Positions 1 to 9,718 of a stretch of 64,000 bases of DNA are shown piece after piece. The translations under genes and the position numbers were made by a program. The first letter of the stretch is position 1; each line of letters starts with the position of its first letter. The DNA comes from an uncultured virus (IMG/VR IMGVR_UViG_3300021405_000011) (taxonomy: Duplodnaviria > Heunggongvirae > Uroviricota > Caudoviricetes). The DNA is taken from IMG/VR virus record IMGVR_UViG_3300021405_000011, one strand, 5' to 3'. The notes beneath the pieces are model-generated. The model saw only the letters and a list, made by a program, of their open reading frames with translations. It was not told where the DNA came from and ran no database searches.

Positions 1-1
1 C

Positions 2-1828
2 CCTCCACCCCCACCCACTACTCCCGACTACCTCCAAGGTGAAGGTCTAGACGATACTGGTGGTGCTCCTCCTCCACCTCCACAACCAACAGGGCTGGGG
101 GGTGTGGCGGCTGGGGGCGGGGCACCTCCAGTACCGCCTCCACCTCAACCCATACCTAATTTCACTCCAGCTATGGGACCTGACGGGAATCCCCAAACTA
201 AAGACATCCCCATAGGCGCTATCTGTTTCGACGTGGCCTCACCTTTTGAAGTCTACCAAGACAACACTATCCCCAGTGGCTCTGACGGCCAACGTTGGTA
301 CCTACGATTTAAACGTACTGATATTGACGTGGCTAAACAAAATTGGGTCCCCTTCGCTGACAAGATAGTGGAGGGAATGCAAGAGGCGTTTCCAATGTCC
401 AGAAATTACTTACTGGCTATCGCTTACGCCGGTTCCATTTCCAGTGACTACGGATATGGGGATAGTGTGAGTAAGGAGTCGATGAGACGCCAGATTAACG
501 TCTGGGAACTCAACGAGTTACCCACACCGGACTTTCCTGATGGTCTTAGGGCTGTACAAATAGGGGATTTCATTGTGGAAGCTACTCCACTCAAGACGGT
601 TTGGTCTGCCGGAGCCAAAAAAGGCCAACCGTGGCTCCCTAGAGTCCAATTTACTATGAGTGATGTGGGCAGTGCGTGGGGGAAGCCTCGTGCGGATTAC
701 TTAATTCCCCTGCAATTTAGACGCAACATTATCGAATCCTCACTTCAGTTGACAGCCCAACGAACCGGTGCCCCAAAATTACTCACTCCCGAAGGATGTA
801 AGGTCAAAAATGTGACCGGTGAGGCTGGACAGTTACTCACCTACAATCCCATCTCCCTCGCTAGTGGAACTGGTATTAAACCTGAATATTTAGAAGCTGC
901 GTTAGGCAACGTAGCCCCACTAACTGAACTCATCAAGAATATTGATAGTGACATGGAAGCTATTGCGGGGACATTCTTCCTGACAGGTGGTGACGCACCG
1001 GCTGGTGTTACTGCTGCGTCGGCCTTGTCTTATTTGGGTGAGAAGAGTCATCAGGCTGTAGCTCCAGTTAAGGAACATTGGGCTGAGTCATGGAGTCAGT
1101 GTTATCAATATGCACTGGAGTTGGCCAGAACTAACTGGGTAGACGGAAGGACATTATCAGTACTGGGCCAAAACAAAACATGGGAATTCCAAAAGTTCAA
1201 GCAAGCCGACCTAGCCGGGAGTGTTAATGTCCGTGTTGATTATCAGGCCCTATTCCCGAAGTCCCAAGCTACTGAGAGAGCTACCATTATGCAACTCTAT
1301 CAAATGGCCGTCCTCCAACCGGGTGACCCGGATACTGACTTCCTTGTCCTGGAAGCCTTTGGCGAGACGAAACTTAAAAACTTGACGAATGGTGCCTTCT
1401 CTCAGGCTCAACGCGAATGGGACCGTTTCCTCAACCAGAATATCCCCCCTCAACTAAAGCCCATCGTCCAAAACTCCCCTCTCCACTTGATTCAACACAA
1501 GAAGGACGCTCAATCTCAGGAATATGAGAATTTACCTCCCGACAAACAAGCCCTCTGGGACGCCCACATCCAAGCCACCATGATGGACATTATGGCCCAG
1601 CAAGCTATGGCCCAAGAGGCAGCTGGTGGTGGTGGTCAACCAGCTCCCGGTGGCCCTCCACCCTCTGGTCCACACGGTCACACTCAACCCGGCTCCCAAC
1701 ACGGGTCCCAAAAGGGAGCCGCTGGTGGCAACGGTATCCCCAAGGAACCTGCGTCTGTCCAGAAAGGTAAGTCGGCAGCGGATGCCGACGCCGGTCCTCC
1801 ACCGGCTATCAAGAATATAGGTAGGTAA
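2..1828 (+). CDS. Portal protein (5'-partial, frame open from window edge)
   Basis: Frame is open from position 2. Portal-like segments (PLQFRRNIIES, IDSDMEAIAG, TAASALSYL, G+VNVRV), low-complexity tail, and position upstream of scaffold/capsid. Confidence 0.8.
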   Translation, partial: PPPPPTTPDYLQGEGLDDTGGAPPPPPQPTGLGGVAAGGGAPPVPPPPQPIPNFTPAMGPDGNPQTKDIPIGAICFDVASPFEVYQDNTIPSGSDGQRWYLRFKRTDIDVAKQNWVPFADKIVEGMQEAFPMSRNYLLAIAYAGSISSDYGYGDSVSKESMRRQINVWELNELPTPDFPDGLRAVQIGDFIVEATPLKTVWSAGAKKGQPWLPRVQFTMSDVGSAWGKPRADYLIPLQFRRNIIESSLQLTAQRTGAPKLLTPEGCKVKNVTGEAGQLLTYNPISLASGTGIKPEYLEAALGNVAPLTELIKNIDSDMEAIAGTFFLTGGDAPAGVTAASALSYLGEKSHQAVAPVKEHWAESWSQCYQYALELARTNWVDGRTLSVLGQNKTWEFQKFKQADLAGSVNVRVDYQALFPKSQATERATIMQLYQMAVLQPGDPDTDFLVLEAFGETKLKNLTNGAFSQAQREWDRFLNQNIPPQLKPIVQNSPLHLIQHKKDAQSQEYENLPPDKQALWDAHIQATMMDIMAQQAMAQEAAGGGGQPAPGGPPPSGPHGHTQPGSQHGSQKGAAGGNGIPKEPASVQKGKSAADADAGPPPAIKNIGR

Positions 1829-1862
1829 ATTTCGTGGTAGAGTAACAATAAGGTGACGCGAT

Positions 1863-2054
1863 ATGGCCGACCAATCTCAGCAACAATCTAAGCCAAATAG
1901 TAGTGATTTGCCCGCGACGACTAGTTATTCCTCTTCCCTTTCGGGAATGTTACCTACATCCAAACGCAGAAGGTCCCCTTTCGACCGTCTGGGGGCTGCC
2001 TCTTGGGAGAAGACTGGTAAAGGTCAGATGCCTACGTCCTACGCGGGGAAATAA
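1863..2054 (+). CDS. Small head-region protein
   Basis: ATG after AAGGTG. Packed between portal and next gene. Contains PFDRLG motif. Confidence 0.55.
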   Translation: MADQSQQQSKPNSSDLPATTSYSSSLSGMLPTSKRRRSPFDRLGAASWEKTGKGQMPTSYAGK

Positions 2055-2056
2055 TT

Positions 2057-2230
2057 ATGCCAAGCGTGAGTGGTGCCCAACAGGAAGCCATGGCGATTGC
2101 TCTCCATAATCCTAGCAAGTTGAATTCCGCCAATAGGGGCCTACTTAAAATGAAGAAAAGTGACCTACATGACTTCGCCTCCACTCCTCGCAAGAACTTA
2201 CCTTTTCACAAGATAGGAAGTAAACAATGA
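2057..2230 (+). CDS. DUF3008-like small basic protein (57 aa, not in ORF track)
   Basis: Manual translation MPSVSGAQQEAMAIALH...DLHDFASTPRKNLPFHKIGSKQ resembles DUF3008 (MP.kS.AQQ...L.dFAST.RK). ATGA overlap with next gene. Confidence 0.65.
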   Translation: MPSVSGAQQEAMAIALHNPSKLNSANRGLLKMKKSDLHDFASTPRKNLPFHKIGSKQ

Positions 2231-2439
2231 CCAATCAATTCCCCTTAAATCCTTCGTTGATGGAACGCTATTCTCAGGACCAACAGTCACGAGGGGCAGC
2301 CGTCAAACCCATCACCGCCGCTCCTATCCCCTCCTCCCCTCCCCCACAAGGTTCCAGCAACAATCCTCGTAAATTTCCCGCTACTGGTGGGAAACGTTTT
2401 GGGCGTATAGGCAAAAAATCTGGAGGATTCGGACAATGA
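2227..2439 (+). CDS. Small head-region protein
   Basis: ATGA-coupled on both sides. C-terminal RFGRIG. Confidence 0.6.
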   Translation: MTNQFPLNPSLMERYSQDQQSRGAAVKPITAAPIPSSPPPQGSSNNPRKFPATGGKRFGRIGKKSGGFGQ

Positions 2440-2912
2440 CTAAACGCGCTTCCACTATATTCATCACTTCCATTCTAACCCTCACCTTCCTCCTTCTATT
2501 CGTCTCCCCCGCTGTCCCTACACCCGTCTACTCCGCAGGTAACGCAATCTCCCTCGCCAAAGGTAACGTCGTCGTCCTTTGGAACGCGGAAACCCCCACT
2601 CCCGGTAACGGCGGCGTATCGGCTTCTCAACAAGTCGGTTTACCCGCTTCCCCCGACCAAACCGGCACTCCTTTCAGCATGGATGGTAAGTTCAGCGGAG
2701 CCCCCGGTGCATTTGAAATAGATGTCCAAGTAGCCGCCGTGGACGCTGATACTAACTACCAAACAATATCGGGTGGGGCAATTACCACCGTGGACGCTAC
2801 CAACAATACTTTCCATTTGGACGCCCCTTCGGTAGTGGCCAAATATGCCAGATTATTAATGCGGTCTCGTACCAACTCTGTAAGTATTACTGCCACGGTA
2901 ACAGGTGGATAA
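2436..2912 (+). CDS. Signal-peptide-bearing beta-sandwich protein (possible head decoration/spike base)
   Basis: N-terminal KR plus hydrophobic stretch, beta-rich body, translational coupling. Confidence 0.6.
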   Translation: MTKRASTIFITSILTLTFLLLFVSPAVPTPVYSAGNAISLAKGNVVVLWNAETPTPGNGGVSASQQVGLPASPDQTGTPFSMDGKFSGAPGAFEIDVQVAAVDADTNYQTISGGAITTVDATNNTFHLDAPSVVAKYARLLMRSRTNSVSITATVTGG

Positions 2913-4774
2913 TGCGGAAATACTTCCCTATTTTACTACTGTCCCTTACCCTTACCGGGACCACACCCGCACAAACCCCATCAGGTGGATATGTAAGTCC
3001 GGCAACAGGTGGCGGCTCAGGCGGGGGGAGCACGGTCTCAACGCTCACCAATATTATTGACATGATGAACCCAATTTTCGGGATGAAAGCGGACTTGCGA
3101 ACTTGCGTAGGAACACAAGGGGTGCTGACGATTAGCAGCCCTACGTTCACATGCACGGGAGCCAATTTCTGCAATGGGTCAACAGTAGGGTGCCCGGCTG
3201 GGCAGACGAGTGACGTAGGAAAGCTTTTCAATGCAACGAGTGGCTGCTGCAATCTTTCGCCGTCCGGCTCTGCACTAAATGATCAAGTTGTACCCAACAA
3301 TACGACGATTCTATCCGTCCAGAGCGCTACGTCGATTATCCTTTCGCAAAATGCCACTGTGACGCAAAACGGAGCGAGTACCCTCTACGCTTGGTGGGCA
3401 ACGGATGATGATGCGGCAGTGACGGTGGCGGACACTGCTTATCAGAATGCACCTGTCTGCTCGGCGCTGCTTTTCCCCCCCACTCCTTTTCTCGTAAAGA
3501 ACCCACACTTCAACACGCCAAATCCGCAATGCGTAAACCTCGACGGGGGTGGAATTGGGGGGCTGCGAGAGTCTGCTGCCTCTTTTGTCGGGTGGGGGCA
3601 AAACAATTCAGTGATGTACCTCGATTCGACTTTTCCGAACTCGGTATCATGCACTTTCGGAGTCAACTCCAATGGCTGCTTTTTCTCTATGCAGGGAGCA
3701 AATGTTTGGAACTTAGGGATAAATGGGGGATGGAATTTAGTCCCCAACGGCGGCGGCCATTCCTATTCACTCATTAATCCAAACCTGAATGCGGTGTTCT
3801 CAAATGATTCGTTTGTTGGCTTCGCAGGCGGCGATGGAACGTCTGTTGGGCTCCATGCAAATGCTTTCTCTTTTTTCACTACTGTTCAGGTTGCACAGTT
3901 TGGCAAGAACTGCATGACTGCGTCTGGGAACACGGTTTTTACTCAAGGTGTCTATGGCAATTGTTACGGGCCATCGGCGCAACTGCTTGTATCTCCGGGC
4001 GCGCCTATTAATACTTACGGGGTGACCTTCGGCACGGTGGCACCCGGAGCTAATGAACTTATCCTGGCCGATTCCGGTGCAGGGCAATGGTATTCTTATG
4101 GAGACTATTTCTATGGCGCAAACAGCCTTTGTATATTTATTAACGTTGGTTCAGCGTCAGTGGCATACATTGACGGGGCGACCATAGGAGGAAACGGTAC
4201 CTGTACGACCGGCATTGAACCACTTGCCCCTGGTAAGGTCGTCCTCTCGAAAACTTCGCTAACTTCATCCACGACAGCAATCAATGTAAATGGCGCTTCG
4301 ACGTTTATAGACGGGGGCGGTAACGTATTCTCAAGTACCGGAACTTTCACCGTAGGAGCCACCGGGCGCTATCTCACCAATTCCACAAGCACCTACGCGA
4401 ACATGACCGGACTTGTGCCTACGTGCACCTTTTCTACTGGTGGAGGAACGACTCCCTCCTGCACCCTACAAGCAGGCAGCACAAATGAGAAGGGCGTCAT
4501 CATCGCCTCGACGGGGACAGGTTCCCCCGGTTCGGCGGGGACCGTTACGCTGACATTCGCAGGGACATACACTGGCGCGACTGGCGCGGCTCCCGCTTGC
4601 GTCTACAACGTCGATAATTCAGGCACCGCTTGGGGCAACGAAGCCGGAACGCAAGTCAGCACGCAGAGCACAACGGCTCCGGTAGTCGCTTGGTTCAACG
4701 TCAATTCCGTTGTGGCGACGGCTTTGACGGTATCTTCGCCTTACCGGATAGATTATTCATGTACAACGCGATAA
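2912..4774 (+). CDS. Signal-peptide-bearing beta-helix spike/fibre-like protein
   Basis: MRKYFPILLLSLTLTGTTPA-Q. FGMKAD...TDDDAAV resembles the pectate-lyase-3 cap. G/S/T/N-rich with many Cys. Confidence 0.65.
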   Translation: MRKYFPILLLSLTLTGTTPAQTPSGGYVSPATGGGSGGGSTVSTLTNIIDMMNPIFGMKADLRTCVGTQGVLTISSPTFTCTGANFCNGSTVGCPAGQTSDVGKLFNATSGCCNLSPSGSALNDQVVPNNTTILSVQSATSIILSQNATVTQNGASTLYAWWATDDDAAVTVADTAYQNAPVCSALLFPPTPFLVKNPHFNTPNPQCVNLDGGGIGGLRESAASFVGWGQNNSVMYLDSTFPNSVSCTFGVNSNGCFFSMQGANVWNLGINGGWNLVPNGGGHSYSLINPNLNAVFSNDSFVGFAGGDGTSVGLHANAFSFFTTVQVAQFGKNCMTASGNTVFTQGVYGNCYGPSAQLLVSPGAPINTYGVTFGTVAPGANELILADSGAGQWYSYGDYFYGANSLCIFINVGSASVAYIDGATIGGNGTCTTGIEPLAPGKVVLSKTSLTSSTTAINVNGASTFIDGGGNVFSSTGTFTVGATGRYLTNSTSTYANMTGLVPTCTFSTGGGTTPSCTLQAGSTNEKGVIIASTGTGSPGSAGTVTLTFAGTYTGATGAAPACVYNVDNSGTAWGNEAGTQVSTQSTTAPVVAWFNVNSVVATALTVSSPYRIDYSCTTR

Positions 4775-5187
4775 AACGCCTCGCTCTATTTCTGCTTTTC
4801 CCGCTCGCGGCGCAGGCCGGGCCTGTCGACTTCATGAAGCACCAATTCCGCGACCATCCACTGCGGACGCAGCTTATCTTCGCGGGCGTAGCATCCGGCG
4901 TTCACGCCTACGGTCTTCACGAATGTCGCATCGTCAACGTGGAAAACTGCGACGCCCACTATGGCGCGGCGTGGGGCAGCTACGGCGTGACAGTCGGCCT
5001 CAATCTCGTTGGCGTGCTCGTCGGCCACGAACTTGGCGGCAAGGGAGGAAACTCTATCGCTTACGGCAGTAGCGCGGCGCAACTTGGGTGGGGAGCCTAC
5101 CAGTGGCACGGTGGACTCAACAAACCAGCAGACTGGAAAGAGACAACTAAGGTGGATTTATCCAACATCGCTATTTTGCATCATTAA
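4759..5187 (+). CDS. Exported/membrane protein
   Basis: KRLALFLLFPLAAQA signal peptide and Gly-rich hydrophobic helices. Start moved to ATG 4759 (or ATA 4771). Confidence 0.55.
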   Translation: MYNAIKRLALFLLFPLAAQAGPVDFMKHQFRDHPLRTQLIFAGVASGVHAYGLHECRIVNVENCDAHYGAAWGSYGVTVGLNLVGVLVGHELGGKGGNSIAYGSSAAQLGWGAYQWHGGLNKPADWKETTKVDLSNIAILHH

Positions 5188-5224
5188 TCGGTAGGTAAAA
5201 ATTCCATGTTATGATGAGGTTGCT

Positions 5225-5410
5225 ATGGCATCCAAATTCGACTCTAGCCGTGAAAGTGGCCTTCCCCCCAACAAGACCACCCGTCTCCAACTCCCCGACG
5301 CCCGCTCCCACCACGCCGATATGTCCCAAGAGGACCGTAAGAAGGCTATGTACAACAAGGGCAGCAAAGGTGCATTTAGTAAGATTGGGATTGTGGGTCC
5401 TGAAAGGTAA
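5225..5410 (+). CDS. Small head-region protein
   Basis: GAGGT RBS before ATG. C-terminal AFSKIG. Confidence 0.6.
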   Translation: MASKFDSSRESGLPPNKTTRLQLPDARSHHADMSQEDRKKAMYNKGSKGAFSKIGIVGPER

Positions 5411-5412
5411 TT

Positions 5413-5607
5413 GTGGCTCGTCTCACTACAGCTCAAAGAAACGCGCTGCCCGCCAGTGACTTCGCTGGCCCCCATCGCAGTTTCCCGATTCCGGACGCTG
5501 CTCACGCCCGCGCCGCCAACATGCTTTCCAAATTTGCCTCTCCAGCCACCAAAGCCCGTATCAAAACGAAGTCGAATAAAGTATTCGGTAAGATAGGTAA
5601 CTCGTAA
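5413..5607 (+). CDS. DUF6582-like small head protein
   Basis: LT..QRNALP.SDFA.P.R.FPIPD.AHARAA is the motif seen in phage head-associated DUF6582 proteins. Confidence 0.65.
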   Translation: MARLTTAQRNALPASDFAGPHRSFPIPDAAHARAANMLSKFASPATKARIKTKSNKVFGKIGNS

Positions 5608-5628
5608 ACAATTAAAAGGAGACACACC

Positions 5629-6285
5629 ATGAGAATCAACGTAGCCAGTTCCGGAGTCCGAATCAACGTAGGAGCCACTTCCCTTGGTTCCCATGGAGAC
5701 GATGCGCGTTTTGGGCCGCATGGTGGAGGTCCCTATAAGCCACTCGAAGCCCCACCCGTCCCTCCTCTCTACACCATCGAGGTGGTAGACACCAGCGACA
5801 TTTGTACCTACGACCCCACAGCTATGACTCTGAAGCCCAACGGGTCAGGTAGGACAGGGACAGTTCTTGTTAACGTTGCTGCTCGTGGCAGCAAATTTGT
5901 CACTACAATTCAACTAGACGTAGCTCTTGTTGGTGATGACCTTGGTATCCCCGTGTGCTTTATCCCCCTCCCACCGGCTCCCGCCACCAAGACCTATCTC
6001 ACCGCCGCCGAACTGGAAGCAAAGTACGACATCAAACTGAAGCCACTACCTCCTAAAGTTGCCCCCGTTGGCCCTGTTAATCGTAGAGTGGGTAAACCCG
6101 ACCTCCGCCCGTTACCCTTTGTGGAACGTAGATACGCTCCCATTGACCTCCGAGGTAAAGAGGCCGCAGACAAGTTGGCTGCCGAGAAAGCCGCCTCCTC
6201 GACTAAGGTAGCCTATTCCGGTACCGAACGTAGACATGGAGCCGTGGATACTCGTCCACTTCCACAGGCGAATCGCAGAGTTTGA
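5629..6285 (+). CDS. Hypothetical protein with C-terminal [EN]RR-x4-5-D[LT]R repeats
   Basis: AAGGAG RBS, 218 aa, repeats visible in translation. Confidence 0.65.
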   Translation: MRINVASSGVRINVGATSLGSHGDDARFGPHGGGPYKPLEAPPVPPLYTIEVVDTSDICTYDPTAMTLKPNGSGRTGTVLVNVAARGSKFVTTIQLDVALVGDDLGIPVCFIPLPPAPATKTYLTAAELEAKYDIKLKPLPPKVAPVGPVNRRVGKPDLRPLPFVERRYAPIDLRGKEAADKLAAEKAASSTKVAYSGTERRHGAVDTRPLPQANRRV

Positions 6286-6356
6286 CAGGAACCAACGATG
6301 GGCCGTTCATCGACTACATCCACCACAACGGTAATAAGGGTGGAAGGAGCAGAATC

Positions 6357-6806
6357 ATGGGAATCAGACTTAAAGAACACGCGGAAACAGAATCATTCGA
6401 TTTGGGGATAGCGGGGGCCGTCACTGCTATTACTTTACCCACCAATATTTTGGCCCCATTTGCCTTAGTTCTGAAGGGTGTCTACGCCTTTCTCAACACT
6501 GCCGGAGGTACTCAGGCTACTATCGTTGATATTCAAAAGGCCGCCGCTGGGGGTGCTTTCGCCTCTGTTTTCTCAGGAGCCACTAAAATAAACTTTGCCA
6601 TTTCTTCCCAAACGCCAACTTTTGGGGCTTTAACTAATCCTCTTGTAACTTTTAATAAGGGTGACATGCTACGTTTCGTGGTTACCCAGGTTGGTTCTGC
6701 TCCGGCTCCCGCTGACCTTGGTCTCGCTGTGTTACTTCAGCGGCCTAAATATTCCGGTGTCAGCGCAGCCACTCAATTTGGAACTGTGGACATACAGGCT
6801 GAATAA
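6357..6806 (+). CDS. Putative capsid decoration/cement protein
   Basis: AAGGAG RBS precedes ATG 6357. Beta-rich jelly-roll-like pattern next to scaffold and capsid genes. Confidence 0.5.
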   Translation: MGIRLKEHAETESFDLGIAGAVTAITLPTNILAPFALVLKGVYAFLNTAGGTQATIVDIQKAAAGGAFASVFSGATKINFAISSQTPTFGALTNPLVTFNKGDMLRFVVTQVGSAPAPADLGLAVLLQRPKYSGVSAATQFGTVDIQAE

Positions 6807-6864
6807 TTTTGTAGTAGTACTCTAGTTATACTAATTACTTTAGTATACCTAGTGAAAGGAAAAT

Positions 6865-7806
6865 ATGATTGAAGAACCAAATGGAGCGGCTACTCCGATT
6901 CCATCGGGCGACGGGTCGGGTACTCCGGCTCCTAGCTCTACACCGTCAGCAACTCCACCAGCGGCCCCTCCGTCTACTGCGGATACACCGTTTTTGGATT
7001 TGAATAACGGAAGGCAGGTATACAAGACAAGAGAGGAAGCTATCCGTGCATATACGGAAGCAGGCAACCGTATAGCCGAACTCTCCCCCTGGGAAGCCCT
7101 CGCAAAGGAAGGCTTCACTCCCCAACAGGTTCAACAATATCTAGACGAGTTAGCCCAAGTGAGGGCAGACAAAGCCGCCGAAGCCGCCCGTCAAGCTGCC
7201 GCTGCTGGTCCCCAACTTAGTCCCGAGTGGAAGGCCCATCTAGAATTCCTGAAGTCACAGGGAATATTTACTACCCAAGACGAGTTGAAAGCTCTCCGTA
7301 CCCAACTGGAACAAGTCGGCAACTCCATCCAAGGCGAACACGCCGCTCGTATCGAAGGCGCACGTTCTAGTGGAGAAGCTATTCTTAATGGAATAATTAA
7401 GGATAGCGGCGTCCAGATAGACGAGGCCGGTTCCCGCCGCATAGCCGATTCCATAGAGGACGCTATTGTAAGAAACTCTAGGGACGGCAACGGTAACATA
7501 ATCCCCAACTCCCCCGAAGACCGTTTTATCCGTGGGGACGCCAGTGAACGCACCCGTATCATCAAGGAAAATTTCGACTGGTTCAATAAGTTCGGTGACG
7601 CTTACGCTCAACGTAAGACATCCACTTTAGTAGACCAGAAAGCCGCCGCCCAAGCGGCCAATTCACGTTCTCTTCCGCCGAATTCGTCTCCGGTACCAAC
7701 TACCCCCACTCCCGGCAAGGGCTTCCGTGACCCCAACCTGAACAAGTCCGTTCAGGCCGTTATGGAAGCTGAGTTAGCCCGTCGTGGTGGTGGAGGATTA
7801 TCGTAG
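6865..7806 (+). CDS. Scaffolding protein
   Basis: Disordered P/S/T N-terminus, helical body, directly upstream of the major capsid gene. Confidence 0.7.
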   Translation: MIEEPNGAATPIPSGDGSGTPAPSSTPSATPPAAPPSTADTPFLDLNNGRQVYKTREEAIRAYTEAGNRIAELSPWEALAKEGFTPQQVQQYLDELAQVRADKAAEAARQAAAAGPQLSPEWKAHLEFLKSQGIFTTQDELKALRTQLEQVGNSIQGEHAARIEGARSSGEAILNGIIKDSGVQIDEAGSRRIADSIEDAIVRNSRDGNGNIIPNSPEDRFIRGDASERTRIIKENFDWFNKFGDAYAQRKTSTLVDQKAAAQAANSRSLPPNSSPVPTTPTPGKGFRDPNLNKSVQAVMEAELARRGGGGLS

Positions 7807-7854
7807 TCACGTGTTCCCTGAAGAGGACGTTATAAGGAGAATAGATATACTGAT

Positions 7855-9153
7855 ATGCCTCTAACAACCTCTCTCTACTCGGCTGCTATGAGAACCGTGT
7901 ATGAGGAAAAAATCAGGGAACAATTGAACCTTAACCATATTGTTCGAAAGTTCCGCAAACAGAACAAGGACGAAGTAACCTGGCAAGGCAACGCCGTCTT
8001 CGTCCACCTGCACTCCAGCCGTAACTATGCCGGTGTCAAGTCCACCGGTGAAGGTAACGCATTGGGAGTCGCCGGTAACCAATCCTACGCTGGTCTCACT
8101 ATCCCCATCCGTGACATCAAGGGCCGCTTTGGCATCACCCGTGAAGTCATTGAAGCCTCCAACAAGGGTCTAAAGGGAGCCGCCGCACCCGCGCTCACCC
8201 GAGAAATGGAAGGTCTCACGGAGGATATTGAGAGACAGTTGAATAGACAACTATTTGGATTCGGACAGGGAACACTAGCCATCGTCAGCCCAGGTGCCGC
8301 TTCCACTACCCAAACTCTCATCAATCCCGGTGGAGTCGCCGGGACCATCAATACCGCCCGGTTCATCAAAGTCGGCATGAACGTCATCTTCACCGACCCC
8401 ACTGGCGTCACCATCCGTGGAGTAGCCACCGTTACCGCGTTCAACAACGCCACCGGGACCATCACTCTAGGTACCTCCGTCACCACCACCACCAACGACC
8501 TAGTAGCCCTCGGTACCATCACTGCTGGTTCTGGTGGAGTCGGCTCCTATAACCTAGAAATGATGGGTCTACTTGGTCTAGTGGACCAGACCACCTACGT
8601 CTCCACCATCTTCGGCCTCAACCGTGGTTCTGCCGCTAACCAGTTCTTCTGGTCTGGTGTCTACACGGCTGTTGGCCAAATCTCCGAAGACTTCCTCTAC
8701 CGTAAAATCCACAATCAATGGATTGACGTTAGCGGAGTCAAAGTGGACACTTTCTTCTGCCACCCATCCCTTGAGCGTGAATATTACAAACTCACTCAAG
8801 CCGATAGACGATATCAGGGAGCCGACCTCAACAACCCCGACGCCGGTGTGGACATGGACGCCAAGCCTATGTTCGGCCACGTAGCTGAGTGGGTCGCGGA
8901 TAAAGACGCCCCATACGGAACGCTAATTGCGTGTGCATCTGATAATTTGTTCGTCATCTACCTCAACGAAGGAAGCTGGGATTCGTTTGGGATGGATGGG
9001 GATGCGCCAGAGTTACTAAGGTTCGTACCGGACCAAACGGGGTATGAAGGTGTGTTCTATATGTTCCTCAACGCCTACACAGACCGAGGAAATGTTCATT
9101 TCAGGGCGGATGGTTGCAGTGTGACCGTCGATTCCGGTATTGTGGCCGATTGA
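7855..9153 (+). CDS. Major capsid protein (P22/SU10-like HK97 fold)
   Basis: 432 aa, strong RBS, biased codon use, capsid-like segments (YEEKIREQLN, LNRQLFG.G.G.LA, MMGLLGLV). Confidence 0.8.
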   Translation: MPLTTSLYSAAMRTVYEEKIREQLNLNHIVRKFRKQNKDEVTWQGNAVFVHLHSSRNYAGVKSTGEGNALGVAGNQSYAGLTIPIRDIKGRFGITREVIEASNKGLKGAAAPALTREMEGLTEDIERQLNRQLFGFGQGTLAIVSPGAASTTQTLINPGGVAGTINTARFIKVGMNVIFTDPTGVTIRGVATVTAFNNATGTITLGTSVTTTTNDLVALGTITAGSGGVGSYNLEMMGLLGLVDQTTYVSTIFGLNRGSAANQFFWSGVYTAVGQISEDFLYRKIHNQWIDVSGVKVDTFFCHPSLEREYYKLTQADRRYQGADLNNPDAGVDMDAKPMFGHVAEWVADKDAPYGTLIACASDNLFVIYLNEGSWDSFGMDGDAPELLRFVPDQTGYEGVFYMFLNAYTDRGNVHFRADGCSVTVDSGIVAD

Positions 9154-9187
9154 GGTCCTTAATCAATTAGTTAACAGCTGAGGGAGA

Positions 9188-9718
9188 GTGGACTACTTCC
9201 ACTCTCCTGTTAGCATCCAGAGGAGTAATAAATTGGATTACACACACTCAGTAGTCGTCCTCACCGAAAACAAAGATGTCCTCGACCGTCTCCGTCGCAT
9301 GACCCTCCTCCACATGGATAAGCAACGGGATAAGGAGTATTACACCGCCCAATTCGACGGTAAGTTCATCAACTTCTACGTCGGTGAGCCCCGTACGTTC
9401 CCCGAGGAAGTGGGCAAGGGACTGGAGAACAGCAGCCATACCTTCCTCGACCACCCTTGTCCGCATTGTAAGGGGCAAGGCAGTACAGTCGCGGGAATCT
9501 GTCTCAACTGCAAGGGACGTAAGCTCATCAAATCCGACGAAATGTACCGCATCCTCAAGGTTATTCGTACCTACGACGCCATGTTAGTGGACCCGGAGGC
9601 TCTCAAGTCCCTACCCGTAACTGTCCCCGACTCACCTGTCGAGGCCAAGGTAGCCACTGTCGCTCCCGTCGTGGCCAAGGATAAGGGGACGCCCAAAGAT
9701 GCTCCCAGAGTTATTTGA
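9188..9718 (+). CDS. Protein with DnaJ-type zinc-finger insert
   Basis: CPHCKGQG and CLNCKGRK motifs. Start uncertain. Confidence 0.6.
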   Translation: MDYFHSPVSIQRSNKLDYTHSVVVLTENKDVLDRLRRMTLLHMDKQRDKEYYTAQFDGKFINFYVGEPRTFPEEVGKGLENSSHTFLDHPCPHCKGQGSTVAGICLNCKGRKLIKSDEMYRILKVIRTYDAMLVDPEALKSLPVTVPDSPVEAKVATVAPVVAKDKGTPKDAPRVI

